Source: an uncultured Litoreibacter sp.
Lineage (GTDB): Bacteria; Pseudomonadota; Alphaproteobacteria; Rhodobacterales; Rhodobacteraceae
Reading direction: 5' to 3'
Length of the DNA: 64,000 nucleotides
Assembly (NCBI RefSeq): GCF_947501785.1
Contig: NZ_CANMXB010000001.1
Location: 1,319,048-1,383,047, forward strand
The notes under the pieces are model-generated. The model did not search any database and was not told where the DNA came from. It was given only the letters and a program-made list of their open reading frames with translations. Below are positions 46,836-55,106 of the stretch, in pieces; within the stretch, counting starts at the first letter, position 1, and each line of letters starts with the position of its first letter. A program made the translations under genes and the position numbers.

Positions 46836-48215
46836 ATGCTTGCCTATATGAAACCGATTCTGCCGACAGCAGCGCTGGGACTGAGCTTCCTCCTTGCAGC
46901 CTGCGCCCCGACCTCCGTCACGGAGGTCGCGCAACGCGCGGCGACCACGTCCAACCTGCCGCCCATGAAGAGCTTTGCCGCCAGGCGCGGCAAGCCTGTC
47001 CTAAAGTCAAACGCAGAAATTGCGCGTGATTTCATAGACTTGTCCTTCCAGATGGAAAGCGGGCGGCAGCTTCCCTTCCTCACAAAATTTCAGGGACCGA
47101 TCAAAGTAGCGGTCTCCAGCGGGGCGCCGGCAAACCTGGAAAACGACCTCGCACAGCTGATGTCGCGGCTGCGCAACGAGGCGGGGATCGACATCTCCCG
47201 CGCCCGCAGCGGTGAAAGCGCGCAGATCATCATCGAAGCGATCCCGCGCAAAAAGCTACAAAAAGCGGTCCCGCAAGCGGCCTGTTTCGTGGTGCCAAAC
47301 GTGTCGGGCTGGGCCGAATTCAAGAAGAACCGTGCCCGCGGGGTCACAGACTGGACCAAGCTGACCACGCGCAAGCGCGCCACGGTGATCATCCCGTCCG
47401 ACGTCTCCCCGCAAGAAGTGCGCGACTGCCTGCATGAGGAAGTGGCCCAGGCGCTCGGGCCTCTCAATGACCTCTACCGTTTGCCGGATTCGATCTTCAA
47501 TGACGACAATTTTCACACCGTCCTGACCGGCTTCGACATGCTGATCCTGCGCGCCTACTATTCGCCCGAGATGCGCAACGGCATGAACCGCGCCCAAGCG
47601 CGCGCCGCTCTGCCCGGTCTTTTGGCCCGGCTGAACCCGCGCGGCGCCCGGACCGGCATGCGCGCAGCATCTGCGACGCCGCAGGAATGGAACCGCATCA
47701 TCGCCGCCTCACTGGCACCGCGCGCGACCCCGTCCAAACGTGCAAATCTGGCAGCCCAGGCCGTCAACATCGCCAAAAACCAAGGGTGGCGCGACAACCG
47801 GCTGGCGTTCTCCCTCTTCGTGCAGGGCCGGGTCACCTTGGGCCAAAAGCCGCAACTGGCCATCGAAAGCTTCGTGCAATCGGGTGAGATTTACAAAAGC
47901 CTGTACGGCGCGTCGGTTCAGGCCGCGCATGTCTCCACCCAATTGGCCGCTTTCGCGCTGTCATCGGCGCAATATGGCACAGCCATCCAAATCGCGAATG
48001 AGGCCATTCCCGCCGCCCAAGCCGGCGAAAACGCCGCGCTTTTGGCGACGCTATTGATGATCAAGGCGCAAGCCCTGGAAAAGACCAACCGCGACGCAGA
48101 GGCGCAGGCCACCCGGCTGGACGCGCTGGCCTGGGGGCGGTATGGGTTCGGCTCTGACCGCAACGTGCGCGCCCGGCTGAACGAAATTCGGGCGCTGACA
48201 CCCAGACGAGGGTAA
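46836..48215 (+). CDS. lipoprotein with DUF2927-like 'HEE.AQ.LG..ND' motif and helical C-terminal extension
   Basis: 459 aa from the ATG at 46836 (an alternative lies at 46848). Lipobox 'FLLAAC' and 'CLHEEVAQALGPLNDLYRLPDSIFNDD' are present. Confidence 0.72.
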   Translation: MLAYMKPILPTAALGLSFLLAACAPTSVTEVAQRAATTSNLPPMKSFAARRGKPVLKSNAEIARDFIDLSFQMESGRQLPFLTKFQGPIKVAVSSGAPANLENDLAQLMSRLRNEAGIDISRARSGESAQIIIEAIPRKKLQKAVPQAACFVVPNVSGWAEFKKNRARGVTDWTKLTTRKRATVIIPSDVSPQEVRDCLHEEVAQALGPLNDLYRLPDSIFNDDNFHTVLTGFDMLILRAYYSPEMRNGMNRAQARAALPGLLARLNPRGARTGMRAASATPQEWNRIIAASLAPRATPSKRANLAAQAVNIAKNQGWRDNRLAFSLFVQGRVTLGQKPQLAIESFVQSGEIYKSLYGASVQAAHVSTQLAAFALSSAQYGTAIQIANEAIPAAQAGENAALLATLLMIKAQALEKTNRDAEAQATRLDALAWGRYGFGSDRNVRARLNEIRALTPRRG

Positions 48216-48223
48216 CCGCTGAG

Positions 48224-48394
48224 ATGACAGCCTTCCTGATTGGCGCCTGTGTGGGCGCACTCACCGGCGGCACCATTGTCGGTCGGCGCGGCGGCAACAA
48301 GAAAGACATCGCACAATACGCGGCCGGCTACGGCGTGTCTTTCGGCTTTGTGGCGATGTTCATCTGGATTTTCGCGCTGCGCATGGCGGCGTAA
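48224..48394 (+). CDS. small membrane protein (56 aa), not in the ORF track
   Basis: My translation is MTAFLIGACVGALTGGTIVGRRGGNKKDIAQYAAGYGVSFGFVAMFIWIFALRMAA, with two hydrophobic segments and good G/C third positions. It is wedged 8 nt after the lipoprotein stop and 6 nt before the VWA ATG. Confidence 0.4.
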   Translation: MTAFLIGACVGALTGGTIVGRRGGNKKDIAQYAAGYGVSFGFVAMFIWIFALRMAA

Positions 48395-48400
48395 CCCCTT

Positions 48401-49588
48401 ATGTTTCTGCGGTTTTTCGAAAATCTGCGATCCGCCAAAGTCCCCGTTTCCTTGCGCGAATACCTGTCCTTTCTGGAAGGGCTGCGCGCCGGATTGGTGA
48501 CCTACGACATGGACGGGTTCTACTACTTCGCCCGCGCCGTGATGGTGAAGGATGAACGCCACCTCGACCGGTTCGACCGCGCCTTCGCCGCCACCTTCGA
48601 GGGGCTGGAACATATCGACACCGCCGAAATGCTGGAAGCCGTCGACATCCCCGAGGAATGGATCCGCAAATTGGCCGAGAAGCACCTCAGCGAGGAGGAG
48701 CGCGCCGAAATTGAAGCGCTGGGCGGCTTCGACAAGCTGATGGAGACGCTGAAAGAACGCCTGAAAGAACAGGAAAAGCGCCATCAAGGCGGTTCCAAAT
48801 GGATCGGCACCGCCGGTACGAGCCCGTTCGGTGCCTATGGATACAACCCCGAAGGCGTGCGCATCGGCCAGCATGAATCGCGCCACCAGCGGGCGGTCAA
48901 GGTTTGGGACAAGCGCGAATTCCGCGATTTGGATGGCACCACCGAGCTTGGCACCCGCAACATCAAGGTGGCCCTGAAACGCCTGCGCAAATGGGCCCGT
49001 GACGGCGCGGCAGACGAGCTGGACCTCAGCGGCACCATCCGCGCCACGGCGGAAAACGGCTATCTGGACGTCAAAACGCGGCCTGAACGGCGCAACGCCG
49101 TCAAAGTGCTGCTGTTTCTGGATGTGGGCGGCTCGATGGACCCGCATGTCAAAGTGGTGGAAGAGCTGTTCTCGGCCGCCAAGACCGAGTTCAAACATCT
49201 CAAACATTACTACTTCCACAATTGCCTTTACGAAGGCGTGTGGACGGACAACAAACGCCGCTGGTCTGAGCAAACGGAAACACATGAACTGCTGCGCACC
49301 TATGGGCCGGATTACAAATGCATTTTCGTGGGCGACGCGTCGATGTCACCCTATGAGATCGCCTATCCCGGCGGCGCGAATGAGCATTGGAACGCGGAAA
49401 CCGGCGAGGTCTGGCTGGGCCGCGCCCGCGACCAGTGGCAGTCCAACCTCTGGATCAACCCGCTGGACGAACGCTACTGGCGCCACACCCAATCGACGCA
49501 GATGATCCAACAGATTTTTGGCGCGGACCGCATGGTCCCGATGACGTTGGACGGCATCGAGCGCGGCATGAAACTGCTCACCAGATAA
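48401..49588 (+). CDS. VWA domain-containing protein (CoxE-like), partner of the MoxR ATPase
   Basis: 395 aa. The N-terminus 'FFENLRSAKVPVSLREYLSFLEGL' and the C-terminal VWA 'VLLFLDVGGSMD' (MIDAS DxSxS-like) are typical of the CoxE/VWA_CoxE family. Confidence 0.85.
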   Translation: MFLRFFENLRSAKVPVSLREYLSFLEGLRAGLVTYDMDGFYYFARAVMVKDERHLDRFDRAFAATFEGLEHIDTAEMLEAVDIPEEWIRKLAEKHLSEEERAEIEALGGFDKLMETLKERLKEQEKRHQGGSKWIGTAGTSPFGAYGYNPEGVRIGQHESRHQRAVKVWDKREFRDLDGTTELGTRNIKVALKRLRKWARDGAADELDLSGTIRATAENGYLDVKTRPERRNAVKVLLFLDVGGSMDPHVKVVEELFSAAKTEFKHLKHYYFHNCLYEGVWTDNKRRWSEQTETHELLRTYGPDYKCIFVGDASMSPYEIAYPGGANEHWNAETGEVWLGRARDQWQSNLWINPLDERYWRHTQSTQMIQQIFGADRMVPMTLDGIERGMKLLTR

Positions 49589-49596
49589 CAAGAAAC

Positions 49597-49621
49597 GGCC
49601 TCCCCCGGTTTGGGGAAGGCC
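49597..49621. terminator. GC-rich hairpin between convergent VWA and repeat-protein genes
   Basis: GGCCTCCCC-CGGTTT-GGGGAAGGCC, with one bulged A. Confidence 0.4.
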
Positions 49622-49659
49622 GCTTGGTGATCTTCTGGGAGGAAAGATCGGGGGGGAAC

Positions 49660-49947
49660 TTAGTTCTCTGCAGGCGAGTCGTTGGTCAGCGCGAACATCG
49701 CTTGGATCGCCGACACGTCAACGTTGCGAGCACGGTCGAAGTTCACGATGTTCTCGGCAGGCGAGTCGTTGGTCAGCGCTAGAACTTCGGCGGCACCAAC
49801 GGGGTTGCCGGTGGATGTGTCGCCAACGATGCGCTCGGCAGCAGAGTCGTTGCTCAGCGCGAAGAAGGCTTTTGCGTCGGACACGTCTGCCGCAGCAGGA
49901 GCAGCAAGGGACAGGGCGACGAGAGCGGATGCGATTACAGTTTTCAT
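49660..49947 (-). CDS. secreted small protein composed of three 'ALxNDSxAE(N/R)IV' repeats
   Basis: Trimmed to the ATG at 49947 (GGAGA SD upstream), giving 95 aa. Signal peptide 'MKTVIASALVALSLAAPAAA'. The repeats read FFALSNDSAAERIV, VLALTNDSPAENIV and MFALTNDSPAEN-COOH. Confidence 0.65.
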   Translation of the reverse strand: MKTVIASALVALSLAAPAAADVSDAKAFFALSNDSAAERIVGDTSTGNPVGAAEVLALTNDSPAENIVNFDRARNVDVSAIQAMFALTNDSPAEN

Positions 49948-50187
49948 TTCAGTTTCTCCAGTATGTGGTGCCGTTTCCGGCGTTGTGTGTGTTCGGCGTG
50001 TTTGCCGTTTGATGAGTTGAATATGCGCCTTCCCGCCGCCTCTTTCAATGCACCAAAACACGAAACATACGTGATTTTAGTGCGCTCACGCACATATACC
50101 TAAACACCACGGACCACAGGCTCACGCCGCCGTGAGAACCCGCTCACAAAACGCGAGAACGCTGAAACAAGCGCGCAACCCCCCCCG

Positions 50188-50210
50188 CTTCTTTCTGCCA
50201 AAAATATGCG
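50188..50210. repeat. dispersed intergenic repeat, tail type 2
   Basis: CTTCTTTCTGCCAAAAATATGCG, preceded by a C-rich run. It lies upstream of the M48 peptidase gene. Confidence 0.8.
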
Positions 50211-50284
50211 AATCCCACGTCCGCAAACCGCGATGCGCCCTGATTCAATTTGATAACAACCGCCCCGCGCCCCATATCCAACAC

Positions 50285-50971
50285 ATGATCAAGCTCACCC
50301 CCATCCTGCTGGCCATCCTCTATGCATATGTGTCCTACCGCTTCTCGGCGTGGAACACGCGGCGGATGCTGAATGCCAAATCCACCCGGTTGGCCGACCC
50401 GACACTGGAGCAGATGAACAAGGACATGGCCCGCGCGTTGGATGTGCCGCAGATCAACGTTCATATTTTCGAGGTTGAGCCCGTCAACGGGCTGGCCGCG
50501 CCGGATGGGCGCATCTTCATCACGCGGGGGTTTTACAACAAGTACAAAGCTGGCGATGTCAGCGCAGAGGAACTGGCCTCCGTCATCGCCCATGAGCTGG
50601 GGCACGTGGCGCTGGGCCATAGCCGCCGCCGGATGATCGACTTCTCCGGCCAGAATGCGATACGCGTCGTGCTGGCCTCGTTGCTGGGCCGCCTGATCCC
50701 TTTTGCGGGTGTCTGGTTGGCCAATATGCTGACCACAATGCTGGCCGCCAAGCTGTCGCGCCGTGACGAGTATGAGGCGGACGCCTATGCCTCCGCCCTG
50801 CTGACCAAAGCAGGCATCGGGACCGGGCCGCAGAAAACATTGTTTGAAAAGCTGGACATGTTGTCGGCGGGGATGGGCGGGGCAACCCCTGCCTGGCTGC
50901 TAAGCCATCCCAAAACAGCGGAGCGTATCGCCGCCATTGAAGAAAACGAGGCGAAGTGGGGCGTGACCTGA
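50285..50971 (+). CDS. M48 family metallopeptidase (HtpX-like)
   Basis: Trimmed to the ATG at 50285, giving 228 aa. N-terminal TM helix. 'IAHELGHVALGH' (HExxH) and a downstream 'EYEADAY' are present. Confidence 0.88.
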   Translation: MIKLTPILLAILYAYVSYRFSAWNTRRMLNAKSTRLADPTLEQMNKDMARALDVPQINVHIFEVEPVNGLAAPDGRIFITRGFYNKYKAGDVSAEELASVIAHELGHVALGHSRRRMIDFSGQNAIRVVLASLLGRLIPFAGVWLANMLTTMLAAKLSRRDEYEADAYASALLTKAGIGTGPQKTLFEKLDMLSAGMGGATPAWLLSHPKTAERIAAIEENEAKWGVT

Positions 50972-51018
50972 CAGAGTTTCCCCGAAACTCTGGCTCCATT
51001 TTTTCGTTGAAAAAATGG
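50972..51018. terminator. two adjacent perfect palindromes between the convergent M48 and PIN genes
   Basis: CAGAGTTTC-CCC-GAAACTCTG (50972..50992) and CCATTTTTTC-GTT-GAAAAAATGG (50996..51018). Confidence 0.5.
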
Positions 51019-51023
51019 GCGCC

Positions 51024-51563
51024 CTAGGCGAGCGCCTTGCCCAAACGCGGCAGCCGCGCCCGTTTCATCAGCGCGCGCAGGGCGATGTCTTCGCCCATCA
51101 TCTGCACCGCCACACCATGCACGTCCTTCACCACTTGTTCGACCGCCGCAGGCGCTTCCATCCACCGGTCCATCAGAAATTCGTCGGGGCTGAGGCGTTT
51201 GACCCCTTCAAACGCCAATGTCTGGCGCGGGAAGTCCTTCGCGTTCAGCGTCACGATCACATCCGCCGAGCCCGCAATGGCCGAGGCCAGCACATGGATG
51301 TCATCTTCATCGGGCAGATGCAGCCGCGCCATGTCCCCCGCCCGGGGCTGCGCAGACGCATTCGGGAAATGCGCCTTCAGCACCGCGATCTCCCCCCGCG
51401 CCTGAGTTTCCGCGCCCGGCCCAAGCTTCACTGTTGCGCGCGCCCATTCCTCCAAGATGCGCTCGGACCAGATCGGCTGGTACAATCCCAGCGCCGCGAC
51501 ACCGGTCAGCACCTCCCTGAGCACTGTCGGAAACAGCACGCAAGCGTCCAGACAGACGCGCAT
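51024..51563 (-). CDS. PIN domain-containing protein
   Basis: Trimmed to the ATG at 51563, giving 179 aa. 'MRVCLDACVLFP' (first acidic residue) and 'DEDDIHVLASAIAGSADVIVTLNAKDF' are typical of PIN_3-type domains. The ATG overlaps the TGA of the upstream methyltransferase (TGATG). Confidence 0.8.
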   Translation of the reverse strand: MRVCLDACVLFPTVLREVLTGVAALGLYQPIWSERILEEWARATVKLGPGAETQARGEIAVLKAHFPNASAQPRAGDMARLHLPDEDDIHVLASAIAGSADVIVTLNAKDFPRQTLAFEGVKRLSPDEFLMDRWMEAPAAVEQVVKDVHGVAVQMMGEDIALRALMKRARLPRLGKALA

Positions 51564-52783
51564 CAGTCCAGCCGCAAAAACAGCGCCTTGAGGTAGCTGC
51601 TTTCGGCCAAAGCCGCATGCACGGGATGGTCCGGCCCCGCGCCACCCGTGCCGATCAACTGCGCACTGCGTCCCGCGCGCGCCACCCCGCGCAGCGAGGC
51701 TTGCCGAAACTTCGATAGCTCCGCCGCATGGGAGCAGGAACACAGCACCAGATACCCCCCCGGAGCCACCAGCTTGGCCGACATCGAGGCCACGCGGCTA
51801 TACGCCGTCAGCCCGTTTTGCAGCGCCTTCTTTGAGGGCGCAAAGGCAGGCGGGTCGGCGATAACCAGATCGAAACTGGCCCCCTCTTCCAGCAACGCCT
51901 CCATGGTTTTGAAAGCGTCGCCCTTGCGGGTGTCAAAGCGGTCCGCGAAGCCTGACGCCGCCGCGCCCTGCACCGCGAGGTCCAATGCGGGCTGCGATCC
52001 GTCCACGGCCAAAGCGGACACTGCGCCGCCCGCCAAGGCCGCCAGCCCGAAGCCGCCCACATGGGAAAACACATCCAACACCCGCGCGCCCTCCGCCAGC
52101 GATGCCGCGAAGGCGTGGTTTGGCCGTTGATCGTAAAAGAGCCCTGTCTTCTGCCCGCCCGCGATGTCAGCCAAATAGGTGGCCCCGTTCATCACCACCG
52201 GCACCAGGCCGTCCAGCGCACCGCGCACCAGTTTGCTTTCAGTGTCGAGGCCTTCCAATTCCCGCGTGCGTCCGCTGGCGCTTTTGTAGACGGTCGCGAC
52301 GCCGGTCGCCGCGACAAGCGCGTCCACCAGCATGTCGAACCGTGTGTCGGCCCAGGCCGCATTGGCCTGAACCACGCAAATCTCGCCGAACCGGTCCACG
52401 ACCACGCCGGGCAACCCGTCGCCTTCCGCGTGGACAAGGCGGTAGAACGGCGCGTCATAGAGCCGTTCGCGCAGTGCCAAGGCACGGGAAAACCGTGCCT
52501 TAAACCACGCCTGATCAATCTCCGCCTCTATGTCGTCATCCAGCATCCGCACCATGATCTTGGACAGCCCGTTGACGGCCACCAGCCCGATCTCCTGCCG
52601 CTCCGCGTCCTGCAGGACGGCAATTGCACCGGGCGCGATGTTCTTGGTGCGCCGGTCGGTCACGATGTCATCGGCATAGACCCAAGGCGCGCCGCGCCGG
52701 ATGCGCAGGGCGTCGGCTTTGGGTTTCAGGCGGACCACCGGTCTGGTGGTGGCGATTTGGGCGGGGGGCTGAGTATCTGTCAT
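51563..52783 (-). CDS. class I SAM-dependent rRNA methyltransferase (RlmI-like, PUA-like N-terminus)
   Basis: 406 aa. N-terminus 'RLKPKADALRIRRGAPWVYADDI'. SAM motif 'VLDVFSHVGGFGLAA', 'DLVIADPPAF' and 'LVLCSCSH' are present. Confidence 0.88.
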   Translation of the reverse strand: MTDTQPPAQIATTRPVVRLKPKADALRIRRGAPWVYADDIVTDRRTKNIAPGAIAVLQDAERQEIGLVAVNGLSKIMVRMLDDDIEAEIDQAWFKARFSRALALRERLYDAPFYRLVHAEGDGLPGVVVDRFGEICVVQANAAWADTRFDMLVDALVAATGVATVYKSASGRTRELEGLDTESKLVRGALDGLVPVVMNGATYLADIAGGQKTGLFYDQRPNHAFAASLAEGARVLDVFSHVGGFGLAALAGGAVSALAVDGSQPALDLAVQGAAASGFADRFDTRKGDAFKTMEALLEEGASFDLVIADPPAFAPSKKALQNGLTAYSRVASMSAKLVAPGGYLVLCSCSHAAELSKFRQASLRGVARAGRSAQLIGTGGAGPDHPVHAALAESSYLKALFLRLD

Positions 52784-52841
52784 GGCCTCCCCCTACCCCC
52801 ATTGGGCCCTGCGCGAAAGGCGCATTCGCGGCAAAGGCACC

Positions 52842-52889
52842 TCAAACAAAAGGCCCCGGACCAGCCGCAACGGGCGATTCCGGGGCCTT
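52842..52889 (-). terminator. Rho-independent terminator downstream of the 51-aa gene
   Basis: The 10-bp stem AAGGCCCCGG/CCGGGGCCTT (52850..52859 and 52880..52889) is followed on the minus strand by TTTTGTTTG. Confidence 0.6.
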
Positions 52890-52920
52890 AAAGCGACCAC
52901 TGCTCTCGGAAGGAGAAGGC

Positions 52921-53076
52921 TCAGGCCGCTTTGACTTTCCCAGCGAACACTGTCGAAAAGGCGTTTGCGACGGCTTTGCGCAGGGCCAGCAGGCCTTCGC
53001 GCGCCGCTTCTGCGCGCAGTTGGCGAGCGCGGGCTTCGATGTCGTTACGGTTGATGGACTGGTAGGTATCGCTCAT
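52921..53076 (-). CDS. small hypothetical protein (51 aa)
   Basis: Trimmed to the ATG at 53076. The product is MSDTYQSINRNDIEARARQLRAEAAREGLLALRKAVANAFSTVFAGKVKAA. It has its own terminator downstream. Confidence 0.5.
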   Translation of the reverse strand: MSDTYQSINRNDIEARARQLRAEAAREGLLALRKAVANAFSTVFAGKVKAA

Positions 53077-53206
53077 GGGTTTGCTCCGGTTCGGGTCTTT
53101 GTTTCTGTTGAGACAAAGATAGGCATGCTGCGGCGCAGCAACATCCCCCAATTGCGAAAAACCGCTATGCATAAAACGCATAGCCCGGAGGTAACCTTCC
53201 TTTAAG

Positions 53207-53965
53207 TCACCTTTTTATGCCCGCCGCCGCGGCCCTTGCGCCAGCCAACATCCAGCTATGCTCGGACGCCGCAACATAGGTGGTGAAGCCATACTTGTCC
53301 CATTCCGCCGCCTTTTCCGGCCCCGGCACCCAAGTGATGTAGGCCACGCCATGGGCTTTGGCCGCCTCTCCCACGCGCTGCATCGCCTCGCCCAGCTCCG
53401 GCGAATTGATATCCGATTTGCCCAGAGACACGCTGAGGTCGGCCGGGCCAATAAACACGCCGTCAATGCCGTCGCATCCGGCAATGGCATCGATGGCCTC
53501 AACGCCCTCGACCTCTTCGATTTGCGCGATGACAATCGTCTCGTCTTTCGCCTGTTGAAGCACCTCCGCCATGCTTCGCGTCGCAAACCCGGCCCAGCGG
53601 GTCGACCCGGCATAGCCGCGCCCACCCGGCCCAAAGCGCGAGGACCGCGCCACTATCTCGGCCTTCTCGGCGCTGTCGACATGCGGCACCACAACCCCCA
53701 CGGCACCTGCATCCAGCACTTTCAGCAGCTCATCAGGCGTCCCCGCAGGCACCCGCACGAGCAGCGGAAAGTCCAAGGCGCGGCCCACGGCCAGGCAGGC
53801 ATCCAGCCGCATCCGGTCAAATGGCGCGTGTTCCGCGTCCAAAACAATGAAATCCAGGCCCGACCCGGACAGTATCTCGATCAAATCCACCGACGGCGTC
53901 TTCAAAAACGTGCCGACCAGCCGGTCCCCTCCTGTCATCCGCGCTTTCAGATCCGCGATGCTCAT
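53207..53965 (-). CDS. HpcH/HpaI aldolase/citrate lyase family protein
   Basis: Trimmed to the ATG at 53965, giving 252 aa. 'GLDFIVLDAEHAPF', 'LLVRVP' and 'IAQIEEVEGVEAIDAI..GIDGVFIGPADLS' are present. Confidence 0.88.
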   Translation of the reverse strand: MSIADLKARMTGGDRLVGTFLKTPSVDLIEILSGSGLDFIVLDAEHAPFDRMRLDACLAVGRALDFPLLVRVPAGTPDELLKVLDAGAVGVVVPHVDSAEKAEIVARSSRFGPGGRGYAGSTRWAGFATRSMAEVLQQAKDETIVIAQIEEVEGVEAIDAIAGCDGIDGVFIGPADLSVSLGKSDINSPELGEAMQRVGEAAKAHGVAYITWVPGPEKAAEWDKYGFTTYVAASEHSWMLAGARAAAAGIKR

Positions 53966-54028
53966 ATGCTTTCTCCCAATTGCTTGGGGACACAGTACGC
54001 CCGCAGGATCAAAGCGAAACCCCTCTCC

Positions 54029-54049
54029 CATCATTGTTTCAAAAATACC
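54029..54049. repeat. dispersed intergenic repeat, tail type 1 only (CATCATTGTTTCAAAAATACC)
   Basis: Identical 21-mer to 32240 and 40248. This copy lacks the G5/C5 hairpin. It lies in the divergent promoter region between the HpcH and exonuclease genes. Confidence 0.85.
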
Positions 54050-54089
54050 AAAACCCCGCCCTCGCAACCCCGCGAAACGCTGCTAGGAT

Positions 54090-55106
54090 ATGCACATGGT
54101 TCTCGAATTCCGCCCCCAAGGCATTTATTGCCCCGCCGGAGATTTCTACATCGATCCGTGGAAGCCGGTGGACCGCGCGTTGATCACCCATGGCCATGCC
54201 GACCATTCGCATTGGGGCATGAAGCGCTACCTCGCGACCGAGGCCGCGACGCCCGTGATCAAGCACCGCCTTGGCGACATCAAGATCGAGACCACAAAAT
54301 ATGCCGAGACCCGCCAGATCGGCGGCGCAAAGGTCTCGTTCCACCCAGCGGGACACGTGCCCGGCTCGGCGCAAGTCCGCGTTGAGGTCGACGGGGAGGT
54401 CTGGGTGGCCTCCGGCGACTACAAAACCACCGATGACGGGCTGTCGGAACCCTTCGAGCCGGTGCAATGCCACGCGTTCATCACGGAAAGCACATTCGGG
54501 CTGCCCGTGTTCAAATGGGACGCCCAGGATGATGTCATCGCCGCCATCAACGCATGGTGGCAGGCCAACAAAGACGCCGGCAAATTCTCGATCATCGGCG
54601 CCTATGCGTTGGGCAAGGCGCAGCGCATTTTGGCCAATGTCGACACCTCCATCGGGCCGATCCTGACCCATGGCGCGATCGAGAACACCAACCGTGTCTT
54701 GCGCGCGCAAGGCGTGCCCCTGCCCGACACGGTCCATGTCACGGCTGACACCCATGTCAAAGACCACGCCGGCGCGCTGGTCATCGCGACGCCGTCGGCC
54801 ATGAATGGCCCCTGGGCGCGCAAATTCGGCCAAGCATCCACCGCGTTCGCGTCCGGCTGGATGGCGATGCGCGGCGTGCGCCGCCGCCGCTCCGCCGACC
54901 GAGGGTTCGTGATGTCGGATCACGCCGATTGGGAGGGGCTGAACAGCGCCATCAAGGCCACCGGCGCGGAACGGGTCTTTGTCACACATGGCTACACCGC
55001 TCAATTTTCCCGCTGGCTCAGCGATCAAGGCTATGACGCCGCCGTGGTGGAGACCGAGTTTGAAGGCGAAAGCCTCGACCAACCGGAACCGGAGGTCGTC
55101 GAATGA
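54090..55106 (+). CDS. ligase-associated DNA damage response exonuclease (metallo-beta-lactamase fold)
   Basis: 338 aa. 'LITHGHADHSHWG' (MBL HxHxDH). The N-terminus 'GIYCPAGDFYIDPW' and the C-terminus 'VFVTHGY' are typical of the family found beside ATP-dependent ligases. Confidence 0.82.
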   Translation: MHMVLEFRPQGIYCPAGDFYIDPWKPVDRALITHGHADHSHWGMKRYLATEAATPVIKHRLGDIKIETTKYAETRQIGGAKVSFHPAGHVPGSAQVRVEVDGEVWVASGDYKTTDDGLSEPFEPVQCHAFITESTFGLPVFKWDAQDDVIAAINAWWQANKDAGKFSIIGAYALGKAQRILANVDTSIGPILTHGAIENTNRVLRAQGVPLPDTVHVTADTHVKDHAGALVIATPSAMNGPWARKFGQASTAFASGWMAMRGVRRRRSADRGFVMSDHADWEGLNSAIKATGAERVFVTHGYTAQFSRWLSDQGYDAAVVETEFEGESLDQPEPEVVE

